DNA from: a virus | IMG/VR virus record: IMGVR_UViG_3300042904_000107 | Coordinates: 1-64,000 of that record | Length of the DNA stretch: 64,000 bases | Reading direction: 5' to 3' (one strand) | Shown here: one piece after another, positions 1-10,275 of the stretch | How the letters are laid out: each line of letters opens with the position of its first letter | How positions within the stretch are numbered: the first letter of the stretch is position 1 | Made by a program: the position numbers and the translations under genes | Notes under the pieces: model-generated | The model's input: only the letters and a program-made list of their open reading frames with translations | Database searches by the model: none | What the model was told of the DNA's origin: nothing

Positions 1-197
1 CCAGTTTCCCGGAAAAAACTCCCTTCGTTCCCAGGAAAAATTTCTTCGTAACTGGATGTGCTCCAAAAACAAAAGCGGGTGCACCATCCCATTTTCTTGA
101 GATAGATGCACCCACCGATTCTCCGTCAATCCACGATAATACTTTAGCCAGTCGCTCAATGGGAGCCGTAAAACTCCCGGTATCGAACAGGCTATCC

Positions 198-1484
198 TCA
201 AGATGTTCCAGATGTATGTTCTTCATGGTCAAGCTTCATCAAATAGTTTACCAATCCCTGTTTGGCCCCAAGGTCAGACAGAGTGGCTTTATCACCCATC
301 ATGGTCAATGAAACGTTGCCGCTCGGAACATACTTGTACTCGATCTCACCTTTCATCCATTTAGATGGGTTCAGGTTGACCTGGTAGAAGTCTTTGGCGG
401 CAATCAACTCTTTCAGGAACTCGATTGAGGCCGGACAGTTGTTAAGGTCTCTAGCAAGTCTTCTAGTAAAATATCCGGTGATCGAGGAGTAACCGTGCTC
501 AGGCTTAAGAAGTGAGAGGACACTGTCCGATGGATTTCCCCGTCGAATCGCGGCAACGACGGACCGAACATCCCTTCCAGCAAGCTTGCCATTGACGATG
601 CTTTTGAAGACCTCGTACGGTTCTTCGATGTCAAGTCCGAGCGCTCTGACTCCATAGTTGTACACAATCTCCTTAGCCCGTCTCTCATCGAAGTCGGCCA
701 TTTCGGCTGCTTTCAGAACTTTCCAAAGCGCCCAGGATTTCTTGATGCGCTTCTTTTGGGAAACGATCTTCGGTAGGAGGTTCGTAAAGAACGATGCCTT
801 CGCTCCTTGGCCAAACTTGTTGCTGATTGGGACTAGCTTTCTATCATACTGCATTATAGCACAGTCTATACCGGAAAAGCAACTGGAGTTCGGCACAATG
901 AACTTCACTGGGTCTTTGACAATTGGTACCATGTCATTAAATGCAAGCATTCCAATCAAGAGTTCACCTAGGTACTTTCCTAACTCATTTTTCTCAGATG
1001 GAAGAATGTCATCAGACCAATTGAAACCGGTCGGATAATACAAAAAGTCCTGAAAGTAGATGTCGAATGATCCCCAAATACTTTCGCTTACATTAGGATT
1101 GGTACATAGTTCGTCGGAGATTGACTGAGCTATTTGTGTCCAGTCGGTGAATGTATAGCATGGCACATCTTCGTAGCCAAATATGTCGAGTGTCTCCTGT
1201 GTACCGTGAGACGCTAGACCGGAAGCTTTAATGTGGAGATTTTCAGTGGCACCTTTAATTGGCTTGGCAATGATAACAAAGTTGTCAACTACCGTGGCAC
1301 CAGCCGATGAGTGGCTAGACTTTGCCAGATACGTGCCTTCTAGTGTTATGGCAAGCTGAAGCAGGAGTGCGCGCCGGTCGCCAGCCGTTTGGATACGGAT
1401 CATCGTGCGCTTGGGAGAAGTCTCAACAGTGTAGAGGTCGCAACCGAACCTGGCTAGGGTCTTGGTGCATTTATTTAAATCCAT
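198..1484 (-). CDS. hypothetical protein, possibly PD-(D/E)xK nuclease-like
   Basis: 428-aa ORF; GELL...GID...ISNK pattern loosely fits a restriction-endonuclease-like fold. Confidence 0.4.
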   Translation of the reverse strand: MDLNKCTKTLARFGCDLYTVETSPKRTMIRIQTAGDRRALLLQLAITLEGTYLAKSSHSSAGATVVDNFVIIAKPIKGATENLHIKASGLASHGTQETLDIFGYEDVPCYTFTDWTQIAQSISDELCTNPNVSESIWGSFDIYFQDFLYYPTGFNWSDDILPSEKNELGKYLGELLIGMLAFNDMVPIVKDPVKFIVPNSSCFSGIDCAIMQYDRKLVPISNKFGQGAKASFFTNLLPKIVSQKKRIKKSWALWKVLKAAEMADFDERRAKEIVYNYGVRALGLDIEEPYEVFKSIVNGKLAGRDVRSVVAAIRRGNPSDSVLSLLKPEHGYSSITGYFTRRLARDLNNCPASIEFLKELIAAKDFYQVNLNPSKWMKGEIEYKYVPSGNVSLTMMGDKATLSDLGAKQGLVNYLMKLDHEEHTSGTS

Positions 1485-1535
1485 GTGAGTAGTATGTAGA
1501 CCTCCGGCTAGTGTGCCGGAGGTCTGAGGAGGGAA

Positions 1536-3005
1536 TTACATCTGGAAATCGTTGAATTTGGACTTGCGCGGACCGAATTTCTTAGTGTAGGTGTTTTTAT
1601 ACGCCGATTCGTACGCTTGTTGTCCGTACTTCTGGGAGACTTTGCGTTTTACATCCTCATCTTCTTTTAGAGGATCATCTTCTTGTTCCTCTTGAGATTC
1701 GGCTGCTTTCTGCGCCTTTTGGTCGACTTCGTACCAACGCATCTTCTTTCGGTCGATTCCAATGTAGAATTTCTTAAATTCGGAAACGTCACGATAGCGG
1801 TTCTTCTGTTGAATGATAAGTGCTTGACCGAGTTCCTTTAACTTCTCAGTCACGACAATTGTCCACATCAAATCAACCGTAGCGGGTAGGCCGACTTTCG
1901 AACCAGCCAAATTCGTCATACCGGGATCGGAACTTGTCATACCTTCAGCGTCGAGTTGTGCGGCAGTCCATATTGGCACATTATACTCCTGTGCAAGAGC
2001 GCGGAGCTCTTCGGCTACAGCCAACAAGGTAATATGCGTCTTATCGCTAGGCTTGAATCGTGCAGAAGCCACAAGCCCGATATAGTCCACAATGATAACA
2101 GTTGGCTTAAAGTGCTGTTTTATTTGGAGTTCATGCAACAGCGCTCGGAAGTTATTTGCGTGCACCGAGCCGGCAGGATACTCTTTGATCTTGAGTTTAC
2201 CCTTTAGAGTGGACTTAACTCTATCCACCTTCTTCAAAAAGACATCTTTGGGCATGGCTTCTGCATCGTCTACGCTGTAGTTCAGCAAATTACAGTCAAT
2301 GCGAAAACCAATGTTTTCTTCTGAAATCTCTAAGGTGATGTAAAGGACGTCTTCACCTTGCTTCAAGTAGTTTGCTGCTAAGTGACACAAACCAAGCGTC
2401 TTACCAACGTACACACCACCAGCAAGGACATTAAGAGTCTTCTTTTCAACGCCGCCTTTTGTGGCTTTATTACAACAATCTAAATCGAACGGGATCTTAT
2501 GCGTTTTGGCGTGCAATGTATCGTATCGCTGTTCCGCATTATCGAGGTAATCATGACCGATACTTGGATCGAAGGAGATGGCAAGAGCATTTTCAAACAA
2601 CTCAGGGATTGCACCTTTATCGCGTTTCTTATCTTTTCCGTCTAAGATTGCAACTGCGGCAAACGCCGCATTAGCTAGTGCTTTCTCCTTACACCAGTTC
2701 TCAGCACGTTCAGTTAACCAGTCATTATCTACCGGTTTGTCTTTACTAGCTTCAATTTCATCCAGTGTTTCAATAACTTCCTTGTAAGTCTCTTCAACAA
2801 GATTGGCACTATCAGCCGCATCCTCTAAAGCTTCTTTTGTCGGAGGTTTCTTATACTGGTTTACGTACTCAACAATCCCACGGAAAATCTCTTTATCATG
2901 AGATTGCCGAAAGTAATCTTCCTTGATATAAGGAAGAACACTTCGGCTAAAAGTTTCATTGTAAATGAGATTCCGCAGGATGATGGTTTCAATTGATTGG
3001 GCCAT
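1536..3005 (-). CDS. 41: T4 gp41-like replicative DNA helicase (DnaB family)
   Basis: Walker A GGVYVGKT, YITLE, IIVDY, KEYP, ISFDPSIGHDY motifs; T4 synteny with uvsX. Confidence 0.95.
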   Translation of the reverse strand: MAQSIETIILRNLIYNETFSRSVLPYIKEDYFRQSHDKEIFRGIVEYVNQYKKPPTKEALEDAADSANLVEETYKEVIETLDEIEASKDKPVDNDWLTERAENWCKEKALANAAFAAVAILDGKDKKRDKGAIPELFENALAISFDPSIGHDYLDNAEQRYDTLHAKTHKIPFDLDCCNKATKGGVEKKTLNVLAGGVYVGKTLGLCHLAANYLKQGEDVLYITLEISEENIGFRIDCNLLNYSVDDAEAMPKDVFLKKVDRVKSTLKGKLKIKEYPAGSVHANNFRALLHELQIKQHFKPTVIIVDYIGLVASARFKPSDKTHITLLAVAEELRALAQEYNVPIWTAAQLDAEGMTSSDPGMTNLAGSKVGLPATVDLMWTIVVTEKLKELGQALIIQQKNRYRDVSEFKKFYIGIDRKKMRWYEVDQKAQKAAESQEEQEDDPLKEDEDVKRKVSQKYGQQAYESAYKNTYTKKFGPRKSKFNDFQM

Positions 3006-3297
3006 TTACGCTTTCAAATGCGCCGCCTTGGGACAATTCGTCCATAATAATAGCGGCTATGATTCGTGAGAGTTTGGGGTCAGAACGAAGGAGGGACGCA
3101 TCAAATGATGCGCTGTCATCAATAGTATAATCATAGCACAGGTTTGGTTGACCTGTCAATGCGTTTTCGCGAAATTTAATTCTACCAATGACAAAAGAAA
3201 CACCACAGTACGGCCCTTGATTGAGCCGTACTGTGTCGTCTTGAATGTCGTAATAACCGTTTGGTAGGATATTACTCGTCGGATTCTTCTGATTCAT
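2989..3297 (-). CDS. small protein in the T4 gp40 position
   Basis: ORF between uvsX and 41; start taken at MNQKNP. Confidence 0.45.
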   Translation of the reverse strand: MNQKNPTSNILPNGYYDIQDDTVRLNQGPYCGVSFVIGRIKFRENALTGQPNLCYDYTIDDSASFDASLLRSDPKLSRIIAAIIMDELSQGGAFESVNGPIN

Positions 3298-4441
3298 CGA
3301 CTTCGACTTCCTGATCGGAATCTTCGTCTTCGGAAGTAATGTCTGCACCGTACTGGAACTTCTTAGCAGCAGCCTCTTCAAGCTGAGCCAGAATATCATC
3401 AGAAAAGTAAGAAGTAGGATCCTTATAGATCGCATTCTCAAAGGCTTTCGTGCCATCTGGGAACTCATATTTCTTATCTATCTTCTTTACGATACCATAT
3501 TCAGCGGCAAGATCCAATAAACCGAAGTACCGATTCAAACCCGTAGCAAAATTAAGCTTGACTTTTACCATGGTGTTTTCCTTGGTAATACGGCCTTTCT
3601 TCTGTGTACAGGTAATCTTTGCACCAGTCACCACTTCACCTTCTTTATCTTTCGCTTTTGAAAGGAAAATGGTAATTGAGTTTGCGTACTTTGTACCAGA
3701 TCCACCACTCATGACTTTTGAGGCAAACATCTTTCCTTGTTCATCATAGGTGTGGTTGGTAACCAACAGCGGGACTTTGAGCACCGCCATCTTGAGCGTT
3801 AGGACTCGGAATGCCGCCTTGATGATGCCGGCACGAGTCATATCCTTTGTCTCTGAACCCTTCTCGGTGTCTTCCATTTCTTTCGTGGTGGATAACATAC
3901 CAAGGGAGTCTAGAACAAACATCATTGGACGCCGATCGTCTGGATCAGTTTCCTTGTAGAGTTTGAGGATTTGAAGTGATTGTGTGCGCCACTCTTGAAC
4001 TGTGGAAACCGGCACGACGTACAACCGTGTTGTATCAATTCCACGCTTCTCAAGCATCGCTTTATCAATGGCACCTTCTGTCTCGAAATAGAATACGCCA
4101 GCCTCTGGATTCGTATCGAGGAAGTGTTTGACGATGGAGAGAACAAAGAATGTCTTACCAGTTGCTTCAGGTCCGGCAAATACAACGATCTTATTATCAG
4201 GACAACCACCATTCAGTGATCCGGATAATTGAGCATTTAGCATGTAAACGCCTGTATCAATCCAACCGTTGATGTCACCAGCTAGAACGCCATTTGATGC
4301 TGCCTGGCATAGTTCATTCTTTGTAGTGGCCGCCAGTTTATCGAAGAAGTTGGCGTTACCTGTTTGCTTCTTTGTCGCCTTCCGCTCGGCGCGTTTAGTG
4401 GCACGGGCGACATCTTTGCGGGGAGATTTAGCTCTAGCCAT
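3272..4441 (-). CDS. uvsX: UvsX RecA-like recombinase
   Basis: GPEATGKT Walker A, LDSLG, NHTY, MSGGSG motifs. Confidence 0.95.
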   Translation of the reverse strand: MARAKSPRKDVARATKRAERKATKKQTGNANFFDKLAATTKNELCQAASNGVLAGDINGWIDTGVYMLNAQLSGSLNGGCPDNKIVVFAGPEATGKTFFVLSIVKHFLDTNPEAGVFYFETEGAIDKAMLEKRGIDTTRLYVVPVSTVQEWRTQSLQILKLYKETDPDDRRPMMFVLDSLGMLSTTKEMEDTEKGSETKDMTRAGIIKAAFRVLTLKMAVLKVPLLVTNHTYDEQGKMFASKVMSGGSGTKYANSITIFLSKAKDKEGEVVTGAKITCTQKKGRITKENTMVKVKLNFATGLNRYFGLLDLAAEYGIVKKIDKKYEFPDGTKAFENAIYKDPTSYFSDDILAQLEEAAAKKFQYGADITSEDEDSDQEVEVDESEESDE

Positions 4442-4643
4442 TAGTAACCTCTTCTAGATTACCGTTTTCGTAATTTACAACCATTGACTCAAAGGATTTT
4501 ACAACCGCCTGTGTTCCTTGGTCATAGTCGGATGCCATGATAGCTTCGCGAGGAATATCTTTCAATTCAAATGTCATGTAGACATCTGGATTTCCACTAG
4601 CAGCTACGGTAATTGTGATATCGTATTTTTCGGGTATTTGCAT
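4434..4643 (-). CDS. hypothetical protein
   Basis: 69-aa ORF translationally coupled to uvsX. Confidence 0.6.
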   Translation of the reverse strand: MQIPEKYDITITVAASGNPDVYMTFELKDIPREAIMASDYDQGTQAVVKSFESMVVNYENGNLEEVTNG

Positions 4644-4650
4644 GTATGTT

Positions 4651-5331
4651 TTATGGGGTTTCAGGTGTAAAATTCACACCGCCCGAGAGTTCCAGAAAAC
4701 GCTTCATGAAACGCGCTTTGGCTTCAAATGGTTGCCATGTGTTGAACGGATACGCCCAACTCTCACCAGTTTTATTAGCCAAATCTTCAAGCTTCTGGAT
4801 CAACACGAACGGATGCTTTTCTATGTAGTCGGTAACCCACCCAGGTGTTGGCTTAAATAGGTTCATCGCTTCCCAAACCACGATTTCCATATCAGCAGCT
4901 TTGACGTTTGGCGGCATTGGCCAACCTGATAGGTTAAACTTCAGAACAATGTCTTGTTCCAGCTTAGCCTCTAGTGCTCGGTACGTTTCAAATGCTTCCG
5001 TTTCTTTTATGGGTCGGACAACATCGGATAGATAAGCTTCAGAACCATCATGTAGCAATCCATATAATGCGTCTTCAGGATTGGACATGTAACTGACCAA
5101 AACGCAATGTTGTGCCAGTGAATAAAATTGTTTCACATGACCATTAAAACGGCAAATATTGCTAGAGGCATGAGCAATATCCTGAATATTGACATTCTGC
5201 CAAGCATCTACATCAAAGGGGTTAAACTTTACTCCAGAATACGTGGTGAAATAGCCGCCCTTCTTATAGCTACCGCCATTCCAAACAGCCTTAGAGGTCA
5301 CCACATCGTACTGAGATTCTTTTTCTACCAT
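4651..5331 (-). CDS. HD-domain phosphohydrolase (YfdR/YfbR-like 5'-deoxynucleotidase)
   Basis: DIAHA..NICRFNGH, YSLAQH, LLHDGSEAYLSD motifs. Confidence 0.85.
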   Translation of the reverse strand: MVEKESQYDVVTSKAVWNGGSYKKGGYFTTYSGVKFNPFDVDAWQNVNIQDIAHASSNICRFNGHVKQFYSLAQHCVLVSYMSNPEDALYGLLHDGSEAYLSDVVRPIKETEAFETYRALEAKLEQDIVLKFNLSGWPMPPNVKAADMEIVVWEAMNLFKPTPGWVTDYIEKHPFVLIQKLEDLANKTGESWAYPFNTWQPFEAKARFMKRFLELSGGVNFTPETP

Positions 5332-5791
5332 AATAACCTTTCTCAATTTTCGGAATATTAAACAATGATTCTATGGTCCATTTCTTTTGTAAACGCGACT
5401 TTAGCGTTTTATATGGTATTCCTACCACGGTTGACCATTCTTTCAATGTTCTGGTTTCATTATTATAGGTAAACAAACGAGTCCTTCGACTATTTCTAGT
5501 TTGCTCAGCCTTCGTCGCCCACCTGAGATTTCCGGGTTCGTAATTTCGGTCATTGTCAATTCTATCCAATGAATGCTTTTTGGAAGGACGATCACCGACG
5601 TATGATGCAAAGGAATTAAAATCATGCTCCCATAAAGGATAGATTTTGATTCCTCTAGCACCATAATTTGAATATGCTTGACTATTGGAATTCAAACATC
5701 GTTGTTTGATGTTTGTCCAGCACCGATACAGATAATCTTTACGCCGTGGAGGACGAGGCTCCATTATGAACTTCTTTCCACTGATTACCAA
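5291..5791 (-). CDS. HNH homing endonuclease
   Basis: W..IKQRC..Y.NYGARGI, SLDRIDND.NYEPGN.RWAT signature. Confidence 0.85.
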   Translation of the reverse strand: MVISGKKFIMEPRPPRRKDYLYRCWTNIKQRCLNSNSQAYSNYGARGIKIYPLWEHDFNSFASYVGDRPSKKHSLDRIDNDRNYEPGNLRWATKAEQTRNSRRTRLFTYNNETRTLKEWSTVVGIPYKTLKSRLQKKWTIESLFNIPKIEKGYYGRKRISVRCGDL

Positions 5792-5948
5792 TTTGAACTA
5801 GGGCCTCATAATCTCCTAACGAGATATGACAATCGCGACCAAAAATAATGAAGCCTTTATTTTCCTTCTGCAAACCTGTGATATGGAGGATTTTATCGGT
5901 GTTCAGGAACATAACACCATCGGAGGTGTCAACTTTGAGTACTGGCAT
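5739..5948 (-). CDS. hypothetical protein
   Basis: 69-aa ORF packed in operon. Confidence 0.5.
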   Translation of the reverse strand: MPVLKVDTSDGVMFLNTDKILHITGLQKENKGFIIFGRDCHISLGDYEALVQIGNQWKEVHNGASSSTA

Positions 5949-6495
5949 TCTTTTCTGTAATCTTTTTATTGAGCCGAGTTAGTAAGTCAGGTAACTTTCC
6001 ACCCTCGGGCCGGTCGTCAATTAGGTTACCCGTCTCTTGTGCATCTAGTAAGATACCAAGGCAGGCAATCGCATGTCCTAGGTGATGTACGCCGCTATCT
6101 GAAGCGGTTTCTTCACCGTCAAACCACGCGGTTAGATGGCGCATACATGCGTCAATATAGATACTAGCAATTACAGCATTACCGCGCCAATTAAATGGGC
6201 CGTACTTGCGGGCTCCATCCATCATAGCGTGTGCTCCGTGTGCTAGTGCGGTCGCTGGGAATTTAGTGATTGAGACCTTCTTCACTCCAAGAAGGTCTTT
6301 CGGATTCGGTTTGTTTGTCTTTGCTACAGGCGGCCGCCGATTATCAGCTTCAGCCTCTCCACTCGTCAGAGGCCATGTGATGGGATTACGAGCAAACGCC
6401 TCTTCCTCAGCACGAGGATTATAATTTTGGTTCCTATCGCACGGTGAGGTAATCTCATTGCGAAAGGAATAGTGTTCGTTTTGGCAGGATGACAT
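5929..6495 (-). CDS. dATP/dGTP diphosphohydrolase-domain protein (DUF5664-like)
   Basis: NPKD..G..K, GARKYG.FNWR, DACMRHL..W.DGE..DSG.HHL.HA motifs. Confidence 0.8.
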   Translation of the reverse strand: MSSCQNEHYSFRNEITSPCDRNQNYNPRAEEEAFARNPITWPLTSGEAEADNRRPPVAKTNKPNPKDLLGVKKVSITKFPATALAHGAHAMMDGARKYGPFNWRGNAVIASIYIDACMRHLTAWFDGEETASDSGVHHLGHAIACLGILLDAQETGNLIDDRPEGGKLPDLLTRLNKKITEKNASTQS

Positions 6496-6498
6496 AGT

Positions 6499-9159
6499 TT
6501 ACTTGAAAAATTTGTCCATATCGAATTGCTTCTCAGTGGACCAGCCGATTGGATCCAAGATCTTTTTGATTGGTGAAATAAACGTCAGTTCCCACATTGC
6601 GTGGTAATCAATAAACTTTTCCAGTTTGAATTCAGGGGGAAGCTTGGCGGGGAACGCTATTGCTTTCTCGTGAATTGGATTGGGAAGCTTGAGGTAGACG
6701 TACTTGATCTTGTCGGAGTTTGTAATAAAAGGATACTTCGTTTGAAGACCCTTTTGTTCTACACACCAATTATACATCAAAACAGCCTTGGTATGCAAGG
6801 GTGTTTTTGTGGTGTAAATGTCTTCATCGTCGGAGTACTTGTCCAACCCCTTAACTCCAGTTGGTTTAGCAATTACATCGGCAGGAGATTTAAAGAACGC
6901 GGTTCGCGTTTTATCAATAAAGTCTACCAATTCGTCTTGCGTGCCATCGAGAATAATTTCGGTGGCTTTCTTCATAGCGTCTCTACAGATCTTAGGCATT
7001 GAAGACTTCACCATTTCCATGCCCATGATCTTCAGTTTATGGGAACGCTTGACGTTCGTACTCTTACACTTATTGCACGGTACCATCTCAGATGGACCAG
7101 AGAACTTATTGTGGCAGTCTAGACACTCAAAGAAGTTGTCTCCTTCTGAATTCAATACTTTCAGGATGTAATGCTTCTTTGCGGACCATATGCCAGGATT
7201 GGCAATAACTTCACGCTTCATGCTCAGAATCGGCTTGTCTGGAATCCACATACCGTTCAGATAGTTGCGTGTAATATCCTCAAACAGATCGGCAATCTTC
7301 TTTTCCAGTTTCTCTTTACAGACTTTGTCCAAGAATCTGGTGATTTTGATTGGGTCACCATTGGTCGGGAAGACATGATTGACAAGCGGAGCAAGATTCA
7401 CATACACCGAATCGGTGTCGCCTGCGATGATGTAATCCACTTTGTCTGTCTTGAATAGTTGGTTTAGATGACGGTTGAGTCCACGCTCAATGAATTGGAT
7501 GATGAATTTACCCGACAACGTAACGGCTTCGGCATTGTCGATATCATAGAAGCGGAAGAATTCATTACCGAACGCACCGTACAAGGAGTTCATCATGATC
7601 TTCGTGGCTTTTTGTTTGATGTCAAATTTAGCCACTTTGTTTTTTAACTCCGTCTGCTTGACTGGATCAGTACATGTTTCCAGTTCTTTCTTCGCCGCTT
7701 TCACTTCTCCCTGGAACTTCTTACGATTATTGAACAGCGTTTCGACCATTCGGGAGAAAAAGCTTTGCTTGCTCTTGATGTAGGATACACCATTAATGGC
7801 AAGCGTCACTTCATCCTTCTGCGTACTGGTAGCCGCGTTACGGAACCAATCATGATTGGTAAGCGCGTGTTCCACGGTGAATGACTTTTTGTGGATACAT
7901 TGTACCAGCTTGGTTTCAGGACCAATGTTTAGCGCACGAATGATTGAAGGATACAGTGAGGCTACGTCAAATGATACCACCCAGTTATATTTACCTGGAA
8001 TTGGTTCTTTAACGAACGCACCTTCGAATTTCTCCTTCTTTTCTTTGTGCTCTTTCGGCGGAACGACAATGTTCTCTTGGTGGAGCCAATTGTAGATCAA
8101 TGTGTCCCAGGTTCGTACTTGCGCCGTAACGTCGGTGTAATTACATTTGGCTAGGTAGGCGACCGAAAGTGTCTGCTCAATTAACTTCAACTTTCCTTCA
8201 AGCTTATCCGGTAGATTAACGTCTTGGATATTATACTCTACGAACAATTGGAAGTCCTTTGTGTAGAACTCCTTCATCCGCTCGTACTTCGCTTGCCAAT
8301 CAACCTTTGTAACACCTAGCTCAACTTCGGCAATGTATCCGAGTTTATAGTTCTCGCGTGGATCGGATATGTTCTTAACGTACAATTGCATGTAGTCAAG
8401 AATGGAGACACCATATATGTTGTACGCATTGTGGTCTGTCCCCTTAATCGTCACGGTCTCTTTCTGGACAATACCCCAAACGGATAGCTTCTTTGCCGCG
8501 TCTTCACCGAGCAACACCACAATCCGATTGTAAATGTATGGTACGTCGAATGTGCGAACATTCCAACCAGTAACTACGTCTGGGTCAAGTTTACGCCAAA
8601 CCTTGATGAACCCCAACAACATCTCCTCTTCAGAGTCGTAGGAGTAATGCTTTACATTCTTTGCTGGTTTGTAATAATTGTTGTCGCCGTATTTCTCGCC
8701 ATCTTTGAACGTGAATACGTGGTACAGATCTTGTCTGAAGTCTTTGATAGTGATAACGTTGATCCTCTCTTGAGGATCATTCACGTCCGGGAAACCCTTC
8801 TCGGACTCACACTCAATATCCAATGTAAAAATGGCAATATGGTTTACATCATACACCAGATCGTGGTCTGGATATGTTTCTGCGATAAAAGGATATTGAA
8901 AGGTTGTGTTACCGTAAATCTTGAAGTCGGCTACACCGTCGTTTGTGCGGATAAATTCACGCGCCTCTTTCATATCACTGAATTGGAGGGGTTCGACGGA
9001 CTCACCTGTAAGGGTCTTCCACTTACTCTGTTTTTTGGTTCCAACGAATAACGTCGGCTGATACTCAACACGGTATCGCTTTCGTTGTCCGCCATCTACC
9101 TCTTTTAACAGAATATGGTTCCCCGCACTAAGAACATTTGTGTAAAAACGACAATTCAT
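6499..9159 (-). CDS. 43: T4 gp43-like family B DNA polymerase
   Basis: Exo DIE, SFDVASLYPS, K..MNSLYG, AGDTDS, KLKIMG motifs. Confidence 0.97.
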   Translation of the reverse strand: MNCRFYTNVLSAGNHILLKEVDGGQRKRYRVEYQPTLFVGTKKQSKWKTLTGESVEPLQFSDMKEAREFIRTNDGVADFKIYGNTTFQYPFIAETYPDHDLVYDVNHIAIFTLDIECESEKGFPDVNDPQERINVITIKDFRQDLYHVFTFKDGEKYGDNNYYKPAKNVKHYSYDSEEEMLLGFIKVWRKLDPDVVTGWNVRTFDVPYIYNRIVVLLGEDAAKKLSVWGIVQKETVTIKGTDHNAYNIYGVSILDYMQLYVKNISDPRENYKLGYIAEVELGVTKVDWQAKYERMKEFYTKDFQLFVEYNIQDVNLPDKLEGKLKLIEQTLSVAYLAKCNYTDVTAQVRTWDTLIYNWLHQENIVVPPKEHKEKKEKFEGAFVKEPIPGKYNWVVSFDVASLYPSIIRALNIGPETKLVQCIHKKSFTVEHALTNHDWFRNAATSTQKDEVTLAINGVSYIKSKQSFFSRMVETLFNNRKKFQGEVKAAKKELETCTDPVKQTELKNKVAKFDIKQKATKIMMNSLYGAFGNEFFRFYDIDNAEAVTLSGKFIIQFIERGLNRHLNQLFKTDKVDYIIAGDTDSVYVNLAPLVNHVFPTNGDPIKITRFLDKVCKEKLEKKIADLFEDITRNYLNGMWIPDKPILSMKREVIANPGIWSAKKHYILKVLNSEGDNFFECLDCHNKFSGPSEMVPCNKCKSTNVKRSHKLKIMGMEMVKSSMPKICRDAMKKATEIILDGTQDELVDFIDKTRTAFFKSPADVIAKPTGVKGLDKYSDDEDIYTTKTPLHTKAVLMYNWCVEQKGLQTKYPFITNSDKIKYVYLKLPNPIHEKAIAFPAKLPPEFKLEKFIDYHAMWELTFISPIKKILDPIGWSTEKQFDMDKFFK

Positions 9160-9169
9160 ATATACCGTT

Positions 9170-9781
9170 ATGTTTCTTACCTACTTAATAACCAATACCA
9201 CAAATGGTAAACAATATGTTGGAATAACACAATCAACTTTACAACGTAGATTCAACCAACATGTTCACCAAAGTAAATCTAAAATAAAGTGGATTCTACA
9301 TGAATCTATTGCAAAACATGGGAAACAATGTTTTACCATTGTAGAATTGGAACAAAACGAAACTAAAGATTCAGCCTTTGAAAGTGAAAAACGTTGGATT
9401 TCTGAATTACAAACTCTTATGCCTAAAGGATACAATATGACACCTGGAGGGGAAATAGTAGTCCATTCGGAAGAAACACGGAGGAAAATGAGTCAATCTC
9501 ACAAAGGAAAGAAATTCACCAAAGAACATATCCAACATATGAAAGAAAACCATTGGTCAAAAACTGGAACACATGTCCATTTACATGGTAAAAATCATCC
9601 ACTTGCAAAGAGACGCAAAGTTATTGATGATAAAGGAAATGAATATTTTCTCGATGGTAATCTAGTGGCGTTCTGTGATGCAATTGGTTATTCTAGAAAT
9701 AAGCTCCGTAGATCTGCCGCCACATTGAAACCTACTTCAGATGGTTGGCAAATGTTCGATCTTTGTAAGGAAAAGGGTTAG
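9170..9781 (+). CDS. GIY-YIG homing endonuclease with NUMOD3-like repeat
   Basis: YLITN..NGKQYVGIT, GYNMTPGG, HSEETRRKMS; AT-rich, antisense to flanking operon. Confidence 0.88.
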   Translation: MFLTYLITNTTNGKQYVGITQSTLQRRFNQHVHQSKSKIKWILHESIAKHGKQCFTIVELEQNETKDSAFESEKRWISELQTLMPKGYNMTPGGEIVVHSEETRRKMSQSHKGKKFTKEHIQHMKENHWSKTGTHVHLHGKNHPLAKRRKVIDDKGNEYFLDGNLVAFCDAIGYSRNKLRRSAATLKPTSDGWQMFDLCKEKG

Positions 9782-9785
9782 AACC

Positions 9786-9814
9786 ATGGTAGCACAGTTC
9801 TAACCCCTTGTCAA
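9786..9814 (-). promoter_or_regulatory. sigma70-type promoter
   Basis: TTGACA-17-TACCAT with TG extension on minus strand. Confidence 0.7.
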
Positions 9815-9815
9815 C

Positions 9816-10259
9816 TTAGGCCTTTTGGAAAAGATTTGATTCTGCTTGTCTTCGTTTAGTCAGGCCGGCCACTGGCTTACCACCAGCTTTGTTCCATACT
9901 AAAAACTGCTGTGCTGCACCAGGATAATCCTGGGCGTTCAGTTTCTTTAGGAGTGTTGATTTTGCGAATGCTCCTCCGCCAACATTGTAGCAAAAGCAGG
10001 CGAGGGCATCGAATTGGTTTTGGTTGAGTTGAACCTTAACCAGTTTGTTGATCTGGTCCTCAAACTTTCCAAGTTCATGAGCTAGGTAGTGTTCGGCTTG
10101 TTCTAGTGAACAATGATCTCCCTTTTTGACGGGCGTACCATCTGGGTATCTAATTGTGCCGTAACCTATCGTCCAAATACCAACTACATCTTGGTACGCA
10201 TCTTGACGAAATCCCTCAAAAAACTTGATTAAGTCCAGGCCTTCTTGTCCTGTTTTCAT
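9816..10259 (-). CDS. GH24 lysozyme (endolysin)
   Basis: FEG...AYQD..G.WTIGYG, NQNQFDAL, GL..RR..E. Confidence 0.93.
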   Translation of the reverse strand: MKTGQEGLDLIKFFEGFRQDAYQDVVGIWTIGYGTIRYPDGTPVKKGDHCSLEQAEHYLAHELGKFEDQINKLVKVQLNQNQFDALACFCYNVGGGAFAKSTLLKKLNAQDYPGAAQQFLVWNKAGGKPVAGLTKRRQAESNLFQKA

Positions 10260-10275
10260 GCCTCTATTTAGAGGC

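Noticed and set aside
7040-7135. Intein or intron in gp43
   Set aside because: The insert is ~30 aa, in frame, without intein terminal motifs.
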